NCBI GenBank assembly: GCA_041665345.1
Contig: JBAYJA010000001.1
Coordinates: 265,206-329,205 of the forward strand
Direction: 5' to 3'
DNA length: 64,000 bases
Origin: Patescibacteria group bacterium
GTDB taxonomy: Bacteria > Patescibacteriota > Patescibacteriia > PEXW01
In this document: piece after piece, positions 25,648 through 35,447 of the stretch
How the letters are laid out: each line of letters begins with the position of its first letter
Position numbering within the stretch: position 1 is the stretch's first letter
The notes under the pieces: generated by a model
Databases searched by the model: none
What the model saw: the letters and a program-made list of their open reading frames with translations, nothing else
Told to the model about the DNA's origin: nothing
Made by a program: the position numbers and the translations under genes

Positions 25648-26967
25648 ATGTCCGAACCCACGAAAATGGAAGTGCTCATGTCCTTTGCCAAGCGGCGGGG
25701 TTTTGTGTTCCCCACGGCGGAAATCTACGGCGGCCTGCAGGGCTTCTGGGATTGGGGTCCGTTGGGTGTGGAATTTAAGAACAATATCAAGAAGGAGTGG
25801 TGGAAACACTTTGTTCAAGGCCGGGCAGATGTGGTGGGCCAGGATGCCGCCATCGTGACCAACCCCACGGTATGGCAGAAGAGCGGCCACGTGCAGGGAT
25901 TTGCGGACAAGTTGGTGGAGTGCAAGGCGTGCCACCATCGCTTCAAAGGGGATGATCTGATGGATCATACCAAGTGCCCAGACTGCGGTGGGCAGCTTAC
26001 CGGGGAGCGGGATTTTAACACCATGTTCACCACGCATGTGGGGCCGGTGGAAGATACTGCTGCCACGGTGTTCATGCGGCCAGAAACTGCCCAGAATATT
26101 TTTGTGAACTTTGATACCGTGCGGCAAACCATGCGCCTAAAGCTGCCGTTTGGCATTGGGCAAATTGGCAAAGCTTTTCGGAACGAAATTACGCCGGGGA
26201 ATTTCATTTTTCGTTCCCGAGAGTTTGAGCAAATGGAATTGGAATTTTTCTGCCACCCAGGTGAGGATGACCGGTGGTTTAAATATTGGTGTGAGGAAAG
26301 TTTGCAGTGGTTCCTGGATTTGGGCATCAAAGCAGACCACCTGCGTTTCCATGAACAGTCAAAGGCCGAGTTGGCACACTACTCCAAGGCCACAACGGAT
26401 ATTGAGTACAATTTCCCTTTCGAAAAGGGTTGGTCAGAACTCATGGGTATTGCGAACCGCACGGACTTTGATTTGAAAGCACACGGCCAGTCCTACCGCG
26501 ATGACAAAACCCCAGAGGCAATTGTGCCGTACTGCATTGAACCATCAGCGGGTGTAGACCGGGCAGCGCTCGCATTTTTGTTGGATGCGTACGAAGAGGT
26601 TGAAGGTGGCCGGTCAACCACAACTGAGGCAAACAAGGAAAAAGAAGTCGTCTTGCGTTTGCACAAAAATTTAGCACCCATCAAAGTCGCCATTTTGCCT
26701 TTGTCTAAGAAAGAGCCACTGGCTGGGAAGGCGCAGGAAATTGCCGCAGAACTCCGCAAGCACTGGACCGTGATGTACGACGACAGTCAGTCCATTGGCC
26801 GCCGCTACCGGCGACAGGATGAAATTGGCACGCCATACTGCGTGACCGTGGATTTTGACACGCTTGAGAAAGACCAGAAAGTCACCGTCCGCGACCGGGA
26901 CACCATGGCGCAGGAGCGGGTGGGGATTGGGGAGCTAGAAGCAGACTTGAAAAAGCGATTTGCGTGA
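25648..26967 (+). CDS. glyQS: glycyl-tRNA synthetase (dimeric class II type)
   Basis: MEVLMSFAKRRGFVFPTAEIYGGLQGFWDWGPLGVE is the canonical GlyRS N-terminus. The start is placed at MSEPTK, and the 25492 extension is rejected. Confidence 0.85.
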   Translation: MSEPTKMEVLMSFAKRRGFVFPTAEIYGGLQGFWDWGPLGVEFKNNIKKEWWKHFVQGRADVVGQDAAIVTNPTVWQKSGHVQGFADKLVECKACHHRFKGDDLMDHTKCPDCGGQLTGERDFNTMFTTHVGPVEDTAATVFMRPETAQNIFVNFDTVRQTMRLKLPFGIGQIGKAFRNEITPGNFIFRSREFEQMELEFFCHPGEDDRWFKYWCEESLQWFLDLGIKADHLRFHEQSKAELAHYSKATTDIEYNFPFEKGWSELMGIANRTDFDLKAHGQSYRDDKTPEAIVPYCIEPSAGVDRAALAFLLDAYEEVEGGRSTTTEANKEKEVVLRLHKNLAPIKVAILPLSKKEPLAGKAQEIAAELRKHWTVMYDDSQSIGRRYRRQDEIGTPYCVTVDFDTLEKDQKVTVRDRDTMAQERVGIGELEADLKKRFA

Positions 26968-27266
26968 GTCGTCAGCAGCATATTCATCAGGAAGAGTTCC
27001 CATACCTACTAACTACTATTGTTCGAAACCGGGCAAAGTTTTTTCGGGAAGAAAAATGGGCTCGTGAACTCTCGGTTATTATTCGTCGAGCGTGCGTGCT
27101 ACATAAATTTTCATTGCTGGCATATGCAATTATGCCTGATCATTTACATTTAATTGTTTACCCCAACCAAGCGCAGGCCTCTGTGCCTGCGTCTCTTGAA
27201 ATTGAACGCGCGGGCAGAGACGCCCGCGCTGGTAGGGCGTATTTTGATAAACAAAAAGCCGAGTGA
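26964..27266 (+). mobile_element. truncated IS200/IS605-family (Y1/RayT-like, HUH) transposase remnant
   Basis: FPYLLTTIVRNRAKFF...LLAYAIMPDHLHLIV matches the Y1-transposase N-terminal half including the HuH motif. The ORF ends at about 100 aa, before the catalytic-Tyr helix. Confidence 0.55.
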
Positions 27267-27614
27267 GTCTCGGCTGAGTTGCAATTTTATTATGACCTTT
27301 GGAGTATCGTTGGATCGGTGAAGATTATTCCACAGGTCAGACAAACATGCACAGCAATTTCGTATCTGGCCGCGGAAACTCCGGGTTGATGAGCGAATTT
27401 CCCCTCGCTATCTTGGCCTCGATCAGCAAGAACGAGAATTCTGTTCTCTGGTTGAACCTCATGTTGTAAAGGGCAGGTTAAATTTACTGACATTTTTGCC
27501 TCACATTCTTGAAAGGTTTGCTAAAACTCTTAGAGATCGACTATTTTTACTATTTCGATAAATCCTATACTATAAGTAAGTAGACGTCAATTATATCGTA
27601 ATGAAGATAAAATC

Positions 27615-28538
27615 ATGACCAAAATCCTCCGTACCGGTATTCTCCTCGCCCTGGGCACGGCACTCATTTCCGGGGTGTCCAACTTCGTGGCCAAGCTCAG
27701 CGTTACGGTCATCAAGGACGCCACGCTCTTCACTTTCCTGAAGAATGCCACGGTTGGCGTGTTGATCATTGGTCTCGTTGTGCTCTTTGTTCAGTGGAAA
27801 GAGCTACGAACGTTGCAGCGAAAGGACTGGGTTCGTTTGCTCACCATCGCCGTGGTTGGTGGCAGCGTGCCATTTCTCCTGTTTTTTAACGGCTTGCAGC
27901 AAACTTCAGCCGTAACTGGAAGTTTGATTCACAAGACGCTGTTCCTCTGGGTGGCAATCCTTGCTGTGTGGAAGCTGAAGGAGAAAGTTACCTGGCTGCA
28001 AGGCGTGGCCTTGGCCGCGCTGCTGGGCGGGACATTTGCCCTGGGTGGGTTTCAAAATTTTCACCTGGGGAAAAGTGAGCTCATGATTCTCGGCGCCACC
28101 CTGTTCTGGGCTGTGGAAAATGTGGTGGCAAAGCGAACACTTGCAAATCTGTCTACGCTTACGGTTGTCGCTAGCCGCATGGTCCTTGGCTCCGTCATTT
28201 TACTAGGAGTTGTGGCAGCGCAGGGGAAGCTTGGCGCAGTTGGCAATCTTTCGTTTAGCCAGTGGGGTTGGGTCGCGCTGCCAAGCCTTCTACTCTTCGG
28301 CTACGTCCTGACCTGGTACAGCGCCCTCAAGCGCGCGCCAGCCATTCTGGTCGCCAGCTTGCTCGTCCCAGCAACCTTCATCACCGCCCTGCTCAGCGGC
28401 ACATTCCAGCACGCGCCCATTTCCTGGCAGAGCTGGGTGAATGGGGGTTTGGTCACGTTTGGCGCCGTGCTCCTGGTATGGTCAGCTCGCAAAACAGCAC
28501 AGCATGATACTCACGAAGCCACAGACCGCCCTGCATGA
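27615..28538 (+). CDS. DMT (EamA-like) family transporter
   Basis: Ten predicted TM helices in two repeated halves. It is preceded by 340 bp of AT-rich DNA. Confidence 0.7.
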   Translation: MTKILRTGILLALGTALISGVSNFVAKLSVTVIKDATLFTFLKNATVGVLIIGLVVLFVQWKELRTLQRKDWVRLLTIAVVGGSVPFLLFFNGLQQTSAVTGSLIHKTLFLWVAILAVWKLKEKVTWLQGVALAALLGGTFALGGFQNFHLGKSELMILGATLFWAVENVVAKRTLANLSTLTVVASRMVLGSVILLGVVAAQGKLGAVGNLSFSQWGWVALPSLLLFGYVLTWYSALKRAPAILVASLLVPATFITALLSGTFQHAPISWQSWVNGGLVTFGAVLLVWSARKTAQHDTHEATDRPA

Positions 28539-29265
28539 CGGGGTGGCGCGGTGCACGCGCTACGCCTTTGGTCCAAATAAGTTGCACCTCTGCGGGCCAG
28601 ATGCCAATGCCGAGGTTTTGGCGTACATCCAAGCTGGGGCAACGGATCCAGGCTTGGCGCATATTCTCCAAGGCTTCGCTACCCTGTACCCGTACCTGAA
28701 AGAAATTGCGCACGCCAACCACATTGTGGATGTCTTTGATGACCGCGTAGTTCAAGCCTACTGGTTGGGTAACGAACTGCTGGAAGCCATTCCGGCGCAG
28801 CAGTTTTTCCGGCACCTGCGGGACAACCTGGACTTGAAGCGGAAGTACGGTGCCAAAGAGTTTGATGAACTGGTTGGCAAGTTGCCGAAAGGGGCGCGCA
28901 TGCACCATTCCTTCCACGTGCTGAATGCGTACAAGCGTACCGGGCATGATGCGAAGTTGCACACCCTGGAGAGCATGGACTCGTGCCGGGTGAGCTGGGG
29001 GAGTGTGGTGGCCATGGAAGGCCCAAAGATTACGGTTCGGCGTAAACCCTTGTTGCAGCAAAACCGGAAGCTCGTTCTCGGCGCGGCAGAGGATACGACG
29101 ATTATGCGCCGCTTGGAAGAAGATGCGACTTTGGATGACCTAGCCATCGGTGACCTGGTGAGCATGCACTGGGGGGTGATTTGTGAGATCATCAACCCCA
29201 AGCACGTGCAGTGGCTGGAGCACTACACAATGCAGTCAATCAACCTCTCCAACGAAACGCTCTGA
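28504..29265 (+). CDS. hypothetical protein adjacent to hydrogenase genes
   Basis: ORF only. The internal Met is preferred over the 28441 start, which would overlap the transporter more. Confidence 0.4.
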   Translation: MILTKPQTALHDGVARCTRYAFGPNKLHLCGPDANAEVLAYIQAGATDPGLAHILQGFATLYPYLKEIAHANHIVDVFDDRVVQAYWLGNELLEAIPAQQFFRHLRDNLDLKRKYGAKEFDELVGKLPKGARMHHSFHVLNAYKRTGHDAKLHTLESMDSCRVSWGSVVAMEGPKITVRRKPLLQQNRKLVLGAAEDTTIMRRLEEDATLDDLAIGDLVSMHWGVICEIINPKHVQWLEHYTMQSINLSNETL

Positions 29266-29267
29266 GT

Positions 29268-29648
29268 ATGGAGTTTTGGATATTTGGCAACCCAGATCTA
29301 CCCCAGGACAGTACGCCCATTCACCTCATGCCCAGGCTGCGAGCAGCATTTCCGGAGCACACCTTTGTGCTCAAAGACCCGTTGGATGAGTGGGAACCCA
29401 TGCCCGAGCATTTGCGCGTCATAGACACTATTGTAGGGCTGTACGACGTGAACGAGTACACGGACTTGGAAGGGTTTGCCCAGGCGCCATCCGTCACCAT
29501 GCACGACTTTGATGCATTGTCCCAGCTCCGTTTTTTGCAGAAGCTTGGCAAGCTAAAAAAAATCACGCTCTACGGCGTGCCCGATACGTTGACCGAAGAT
29601 CAAGCCTTTAGTCAGCTGGAAATGCGGCTCCGACAACTTTCAGTTTAA
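29268..29648 (+). CDS. putative hydrogenase maturation endopeptidase (HycI/HybD-like)
   Basis: MEFWIFGNPDLPQDSTPIHLMPRL resembles the N-terminus of maturation proteases (..LGIGN.L..D.G.G..). Size and genomic context fit. The metal ligands are not confirmed. Confidence 0.4.
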   Translation: MEFWIFGNPDLPQDSTPIHLMPRLRAAFPEHTFVLKDPLDEWEPMPEHLRVIDTIVGLYDVNEYTDLEGFAQAPSVTMHDFDALSQLRFLQKLGKLKKITLYGVPDTLTEDQAFSQLEMRLRQLSV

Positions 29649-30924
29649 GGAAGTGCGAGGCGCAGCTCATGCACGGGTCATACGCCCGAATGATTTTTTC
29701 TAGTTCCAGCTGCACCTTTTCCGCATTAGGGTTTTCCGGCAGAAGCTCTTCCAAGCGGCGCGCCATGTCTTGCTCAATGTTGACTTGGTTTTGGCCCGTG
29801 GGCACCACAATTTCGCCGTCGGTCACCACATCTTTTTCATCAATGGTCACTTTGTGGTAAAGCGTGCCGCGCGGTGCTTCAATGACGCCCACGCCCGTCC
29901 CGCTCTTCTTGGTTGGTTGGACGAGTGGCTCTTTGGTGAATTTTGTGGTCTCCAGCATTTCAATGGACTGATCCACGCAGTGCAGCAGCTCAATGGCCTG
30001 CGCCAGGTTGTTGTGGAAAATGTTGGTGGAAGGAAATTTTGCCAAGGTGTGCGGTATGCTGTCCTTCACTTTCTGGTGCAGGTTGTCTTTGGCCAAGTTG
30101 ATGCGCGCCAAGGCGCCCACCATGTACGCTTTGCCTTTGTACTCGTAGCCAGAGGCTTGGGAGTAGGGGATGACCACATGCTCCAGGTGCTCGCGGAACT
30201 GCGCTTCAGAAATGCGCTCCGGTGACTGATCGCTGACAATTTCTCCGTCCAGGAAACTGAAAGGATTTGCCACCAAAGCCATGAAATGGGTTTTGCGGTC
30301 AAAAGTGAAGTCGCACTTTTCAAACCGTTCAATAGTACGCAGCACGGCTGGGCGAATGCCTTTGAGTTTTTTTACCGCCTCAGCCACTTCTTCCGATGTG
30401 GGGACTTTCAGGAACCCGCCAATCATGGGGTTAATGGCGTGCACGCTTCGGCCGGCAATGATAATCGCCAGGTAATTCCCCGCGGCTTTGATATCAAACG
30501 CGTCGTGGAGAATTTGGTGCTGCTCCGGGTCATTCTCGTCAAAGGACAGGAAGGAATCTTTGCCAAACATGTCCGGCATGGCAAAGAGGTAGAGATGGAG
30601 CGCGTGGTCACGAATGTTCAGCCCATTCATGGTCAAATGCTTCATTGTTATGCTCTGCTTACTGGGGGTAATTCCCAAGGCATGTTCACAGGCCTCGATA
30701 CTGCAGAGCAGGTGGGCGTTGGAGCAGGTGCCGCAAATGCGCGCCAGCAAGGCGGGTAGGCCGCGGTAGGGCTTGCCGCGCATGGCCTGGGTGTAGAAGC
30801 GTTTGTACTCGGTAATGCCAAAGCGACACTTCTCCACTTTGCCGTTCTTCACTTCCACGTCCAAAGTGGCAGCACCTTCCACCTTGGTGATCTCCTTCGT
30901 CATGGACAGGTCAACGGTGTGCAT
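29608..30924 (-). CDS. [NiFe] hydrogenase large subunit
   Basis: The N-terminal RICGTCSNAH (RxCGxCxxxH) and C-terminal DPCMSCASH (DPCxxCxxH) nickel-binding motifs are present. At 438 aa the size is typical of group 3/4 enzymes. Confidence 0.85.
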   Translation of the reverse strand: MHTVDLSMTKEITKVEGAATLDVEVKNGKVEKCRFGITEYKRFYTQAMRGKPYRGLPALLARICGTCSNAHLLCSIEACEHALGITPSKQSITMKHLTMNGLNIRDHALHLYLFAMPDMFGKDSFLSFDENDPEQHQILHDAFDIKAAGNYLAIIIAGRSVHAINPMIGGFLKVPTSEEVAEAVKKLKGIRPAVLRTIERFEKCDFTFDRKTHFMALVANPFSFLDGEIVSDQSPERISEAQFREHLEHVVIPYSQASGYEYKGKAYMVGALARINLAKDNLHQKVKDSIPHTLAKFPSTNIFHNNLAQAIELLHCVDQSIEMLETTKFTKEPLVQPTKKSGTGVGVIEAPRGTLYHKVTIDEKDVVTDGEIVVPTGQNQVNIEQDMARRLEELLPENPNAEKVQLELEKIIRAYDPCMSCASHFLKLKVVGAAFPAD

Positions 30925-30927
30925 ACC

Positions 30928-31425
30928 TTAGACGATCTTAAATTCTTTGAGCATGGCATCCAGGGCAGCTAAAAACTTCTTCTCATCCATGGGGCAGCCG
31001 CCAACTTCAGCATCCACCTTCACCACCTCGGTCAGCTTCTGGCCTTTGGGCAGGAAGGCAAACTTGTCGAGCAGGGGTTGAATGGCCTCCGTCTGCTCTT
31101 TGGTGAAGGTATTGCGCTGGGTCGAAGGAAGACCTGTGCAGGCACAAGCGCCAATGGCCACCAGCTTGGTTGCCTTGGATCGGATTTCCTTCACCATGTC
31201 CACGTGGCGTTGGCAATTCAGCGCGCCTTCCACAAAAGCCACGTCCAGTTGGTCTAGGACGTTGTTGGTCTGCAGCACCCGGGCGTGCCGCACATCCAGG
31301 AGTTTTTTCCACTCCTGCCAGTGATCATTGAGGAGTTCGGTAAAAACAATCGTGCTGTCCTCGCAGCAGGAGAAGGTAAACCAGCCAATGCGGAGTTTCT
31401 TTTGGGGTGTTTGTTTGGCTGGCAT
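30928..31425 (-). CDS. [NiFe] hydrogenase small subunit (NuoB-like)
   Basis: The Cys blocks SCCEDS, GACACTG and GGCP are typical of proximal-cluster small subunits. The start is placed at MPAKQT. Confidence 0.75.
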   Translation of the reverse strand: MPAKQTPQKKLRIGWFTFSCCEDSTIVFTELLNDHWQEWKKLLDVRHARVLQTNNVLDQLDVAFVEGALNCQRHVDMVKEIRSKATKLVAIGACACTGLPSTQRNTFTKEQTEAIQPLLDKFAFLPKGQKLTEVVKVDAEVGGCPMDEKKFLAALDAMLKEFKIV

Positions 31426-31460
31426 AGGTGCAACTAGTATAGCACCGTAAGAGTTTTCAT

Positions 31461-31487
31461 AAAAAACCGAGCTCAGGAGAACTCGGT
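31461..31487 (-). terminator. intrinsic terminator after paralog 1
   Basis: Minus strand: ccgagttctcctgagctcgg followed by tttttt. Confidence 0.55.
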
Positions 31488-31513
31488 TATCTAACAAGTG
31501 CTGTTGCAACTCA

Positions 31514-31873
31514 CTACCTACGAAATCCGACAGTATGTGCGCAAATGATGCACGTGAGGTTATCACCGGATGGGTCATCTTCCGGTACGCCTTTCACCCA
31601 CCCGCAGCCATTGTCGCAGTAGTAGGCTGTTTCGCCGTTGGGAGCCTCCGCAATTTGCGGTTTCGGTGAGGTATGTGGCCGGGGAACAAATAAACCGCCA
31701 TTACTTGCGCATAGTCTGCCCAGGTCGTCACTTCCAACCCGTAATCCTTGCTTCAAATAATGTTGGCGTAAAGTTTGTAGCCGTGATTCCTCGAGATCCC
31801 GCAAATATTTTTGCGCCAGTTCAATAGCCCTATCAAAGGCTCGTACTGCCTCCGGGGACTCAATTTGATTCAT
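31514..31873 (-). CDS. coiled-coil/Cys-rich small protein, paralog 1
   Basis: The C-terminus NGETAYYCDNGCGWVKGVPEDDP...CIICA is shared with the next gene. Confidence 0.5.
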   Translation of the reverse strand: MNQIESPEAVRAFDRAIELAQKYLRDLEESRLQTLRQHYLKQGLRVGSDDLGRLCASNGGLFVPRPHTSPKPQIAEAPNGETAYYCDNGCGWVKGVPEDDPSGDNLTCIICAHTVGFRR

Positions 31874-31945
31874 AAATAACTCCTATTTTTGGATTGTTGG
31901 TTTACCTGATGAAAGCCTTACGCTTTTCTTTAAAAAAGTCAATAG

Positions 31946-31974
31946 TGAAAAACCGAGCCCAGGATGAGCTCGGT
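31946..31974 (-). terminator. intrinsic terminator after paralog 2 (a duplicate of the previous terminator)
   Basis: Minus strand: ccgagctcatcctgggctcgg followed by ttttttc. Confidence 0.55.
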
Positions 31975-31985
31975 CTAATTTTTCA

Positions 31986-32426
31986 TTAGGAACGTACAAG
32001 CACGACTTTTTGAATGAGCGCGTCGCAAATGACACAGTACTTGTGTATACCCGACGTACCACGTCCCGGACTAAGATTGTCATACGGTTCTTCACGGGGC
32101 TTTCCTTTCACCCAACCACAGCCCTCATTTCCGCCCTGATTCTGACAGTAGTAAGCGATTTCGCCGTTTTCCGCTTTTGCGTACCTCGGTTCTTCGTTAT
32201 TCCGCAGTATTCTCTTCGTGAAACTGTCGCCATCTGAGGCCTTTAATTGATCCACATCTGTGGCGATTACACCCTGCTGCATAAGCTGAAGTCTGACTTC
32301 CTTCATACGTTCCTGACGTAAGGCCTCTAGCTGAGCTTCAAGAAGTTCAATGTGCAGATCAAGCTCCAATATTTTTTGGCCTGTAAGTTTTTTAAGCGCA
32401 GAGATTGCGTCATGAAATAAGTACAT
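31986..32426 (-). CDS. coiled-coil/Cys-rich small protein, paralog 2
   Basis: NGEIAYYCQNQGGNEGCGWVKGKPREEP...CVICDA. The start is placed at MYLFHD. Confidence 0.5.
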   Translation of the reverse strand: MYLFHDAISALKKLTGQKILELDLHIELLEAQLEALRQERMKEVRLQLMQQGVIATDVDQLKASDGDSFTKRILRNNEEPRYAKAENGEIAYYCQNQGGNEGCGWVKGKPREEPYDNLSPGRGTSGIHKYCVICDALIQKVVLVRS

Positions 32427-32478
32427 TTTTCCTCCTGGTTTGTTTTCTTTGCCCCTATCTTGTACCGTGAAAGGAGAT

Positions 32479-33330
32479 ATGTCAAATCTCATCGACACCC
32501 ACTGCCACCTGAATTTCAATGCGTACAAAGATGACCTAGATCAGGTCATTGAACGCACGTTGGCTGCAGGAATGCGAGTCATAAATATTGGCTCCCAAAG
32601 CACCACCAGCCAGCGAGCAGTGGAGTTGGCAAAACAACATCCTGGAAAGTTTTTTGCAGCTATTGGTCTGCACCCATTGCACCTGTTCGAGACGTTTGTG
32701 GATAAGGATGAAGTGGACATTCCCTTCAAAACCCGGCAGGAAGTTTTTGATGTGGCGTTCTACAGCAACCTTGCAAAAGAGAAGGGCGTGGTAGCAGTAG
32801 GCGAGTGTGGCGTGGACTACTACCGCGTGCCAGATGGAATCGATCCACAAGTTTTTGTTGCGCGGCAAAAAGAAGTGTTCCTTCAGCAAGCAGCTTTTGC
32901 ACAAGGTCATGACCTTCCCTTAGTGCTCCATACCCGCGCGCATCCAAAAGAGCCAACCAAAGCGTATAATGATCTCCTGGAATTACTGCAGCACGCAGGA
33001 TACAACCGCGGGGTCGTACATTGCTACACCGGAGATGTAGATACCGCTCGGAAGTTCGTTGATGCTGGCTGTCTCATTTCTTTCACCGGGATCATCACCT
33101 TCCCAAATGCAACCAAACTCCTGGATGTCGTTCGTTTTGTGCCGCTGGATCGGATGATGGTGGAAACCGATGCGCCGTACCTGGCGCCGCAGCAATTTCG
33201 CGGAAAGCGCAACGAGCCGCTATACGTGCAGCACGTGGCGGATAAAATTGCTGAGGTGAAGGGGATTGGGGTGGAGGAAGTCGTGCGCCAGACCACGAAG
33301 AACGCAGAGGTATTTTTTCATCTCCCGTAA
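32479..33330 (+). CDS. tatD: TatD family hydrolase/DNase
   Basis: The N-terminal IDTHCHLNF metal-binding motif is present and the TIM-barrel length fits. Confidence 0.85.
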   Translation: MSNLIDTHCHLNFNAYKDDLDQVIERTLAAGMRVINIGSQSTTSQRAVELAKQHPGKFFAAIGLHPLHLFETFVDKDEVDIPFKTRQEVFDVAFYSNLAKEKGVVAVGECGVDYYRVPDGIDPQVFVARQKEVFLQQAAFAQGHDLPLVLHTRAHPKEPTKAYNDLLELLQHAGYNRGVVHCYTGDVDTARKFVDAGCLISFTGIITFPNATKLLDVVRFVPLDRMMVETDAPYLAPQQFRGKRNEPLYVQHVADKIAEVKGIGVEEVVRQTTKNAEVFFHLP

Positions 33331-33335
33331 CACAT

Positions 33336-34103
33336 ATGATATTTCTCTTTGTACTCATGATGTTCGTCCTTCCTGTTCTTGTTATTGTCGTGATTGTGAA
33401 AGTCATCCTCCATGCGATTCAACACTATCAAGATTTGCACTTTGGGAAATTGTTGGAGACCGTGCAAAATTTTAGCACACACCAGAGTTATTCTTTTCAA
33501 AAATTACCCCTGTACACATCCGCAGGTTTGCGTGGGCTTCGCGCTGCACTTCCGCGAGGATTGCCCTATAGCTACGGCCAGCCCCGCATTCCCATGTATA
33601 CACTCTCCCAAGAGCATAGGGCAATGTACCGTCCAGTTTTTATACTAGATGCATCGGCGGTCGGTAAATTTAGTAAGATGTTCATTCTACCGTTGTACGC
33701 TGACTACCAAAAAAATGTGAAAGGTGTTTGCTATGCAGTTGTGGAAATACCACAAACAAATCATTGGTTAAAAGTAGAAACGGACCCTGGATTGATGGGT
33801 ATTGCAAAAGATCATGATCTAGAATCTCGGGTATTCAATAAGAAGTATCATCTCTCTGGAAGTGACCGAAAACTTCTAACCGAAGTATTTGATCCCCAGC
33901 TCATTGATCAATTTTCGAAATACAAAGGTGGCTCTCTCTACGTGCGTATACGGCCTGGTTTTTCAGAAGTTGCTATGCAAGGCATATTGAATCAGGAATT
34001 TTTTTCCGAAACGCAAAGCATTCTTGAGCTAGTAACGAAACGTTTTTCACGCGTTTACCCGTCACATCCCGAGCCAAAAGAAGCACCCACGCAAATTGCG
34101 TAG
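33336..34103 (+). CDS. membrane-anchored hypothetical protein (low GC)
   Basis: N-terminal TM helix, about 42% GC. Confidence 0.45.
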   Translation: MIFLFVLMMFVLPVLVIVVIVKVILHAIQHYQDLHFGKLLETVQNFSTHQSYSFQKLPLYTSAGLRGLRAALPRGLPYSYGQPRIPMYTLSQEHRAMYRPVFILDASAVGKFSKMFILPLYADYQKNVKGVCYAVVEIPQTNHWLKVETDPGLMGIAKDHDLESRVFNKKYHLSGSDRKLLTEVFDPQLIDQFSKYKGGSLYVRIRPGFSEVAMQGILNQEFFSETQSILELVTKRFSRVYPSHPEPKEAPTQIA

Positions 34104-34639
34104 GTGCTGTGAATGATCTTTGATGATTTTACACTTGGTCTCGGCCCCGTTTACTGCCGAGTTTTCGGCCTCGCTCGGTCGATTCAGTGGGCGAACGACG
34201 CCGGCCGGCAATTTGCTCTGTATGACGCAGTATCGTGGCTTCGGCGAGTTCGCTCACCCCTGTGAGTCCTGTTGGACCACCGTTGGCCCTGTAGTGCACC
34301 GGGCCGGAAGGTTCGTTAGGTGTCTCCACTTTTTCTTTCTTTTTTCTCCCCATTGCTTCCTCCTTGGATGGTTTGGGGTAAAGGTTTTTGGTTTGTGTAT
34401 CGAAGTAACGAAGGTAACATGGAACGTAGACAATTGCAAGCCTCTTGCGAATATGGGTGAGCTTCGGTATAGTCCAAGTGAAAGTATATACTCACGTTCA
34501 TTGACAACCCGCGAAGTCAGGCGCGCGGCGCGTTATTTTTGACCAATTATAAAGAGAAAGGAGAAACAACACTCGCTCGGGCGGTGAGGAAGGTCAGTGT
34601 TTTCCGTGGGGATAACACACTCATTGCAAGGAGAGCGAA

Positions 34640-35360
34640 AATGAAATTTCTGTATGCTATTCTACTCATTGGGCTTGCATGCTTTGCGCAACTGCAGGCT
34701 GATTCTCGTATCCGTTTTACGGCACCCACCACAGGTTTTTTCTGTGAACAAGAGTACTTTTGCGTTGAGATTGACAGTCGAGCTACGCCAGCCCCACTCA
34801 TAGTGACTTTAGAATGTCGCGATGCATTGGATGACACCGCACGTTGGGAGGTAGTGGGATCAGATCTTAATACACAAGGACCATGGTGCTTCAACCTTCC
34901 AACGAATGATTGTATGAATGTGAGGGAAGGATTCTACTACTTTCGTGCGTTTGTGATCGATGCTCATGCGAATATGACGTACTCTGATGCCATTGCCCTT
35001 TTCTACGACAACAGCTCACCTGCGACAAAACTGCTGAGTATATCTGATGGCATCACTGAGAAACCTTTTACATCTGGGGAAGAGATCGTCTTTCCAGTTG
35101 GAACTGAGGTTTTATCATTCACTTTTCAAGCGATTGATAACCTTTCCAGCTGGGGTCCATCTCCCGTGTACAACTCTGGTGTCAGTGCGATTGTCTGTGG
35201 TTTATATGCGGAAGATGCAATCCAGAACGGTGACGGGACATTCACGTATACGTATGATGTGCCCATCCAAGGGGCGCCAACTGAACCGTTGACTTTTACA
35301 GTCTATGATGCGGTTGGCTGTAACGAAACTATCATGCAGGCATGGGTGACGTTGCGTTAA
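34640..35360 (+). CDS. secreted hypothetical protein
   Basis: Signal peptide MKFLYAILLIGLACFAQLQA, then a Cys-containing beta-rich region. Confidence 0.5.
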
Positions 35361-35447
35361 GTCATCTTGGCACGTACTTTTTTACGGCCGGAAGCTCAAC
35401 TTCCTGCCGTTTTTTATTACCCCAAAAGTGTAGTATGCTGCAGCCAT

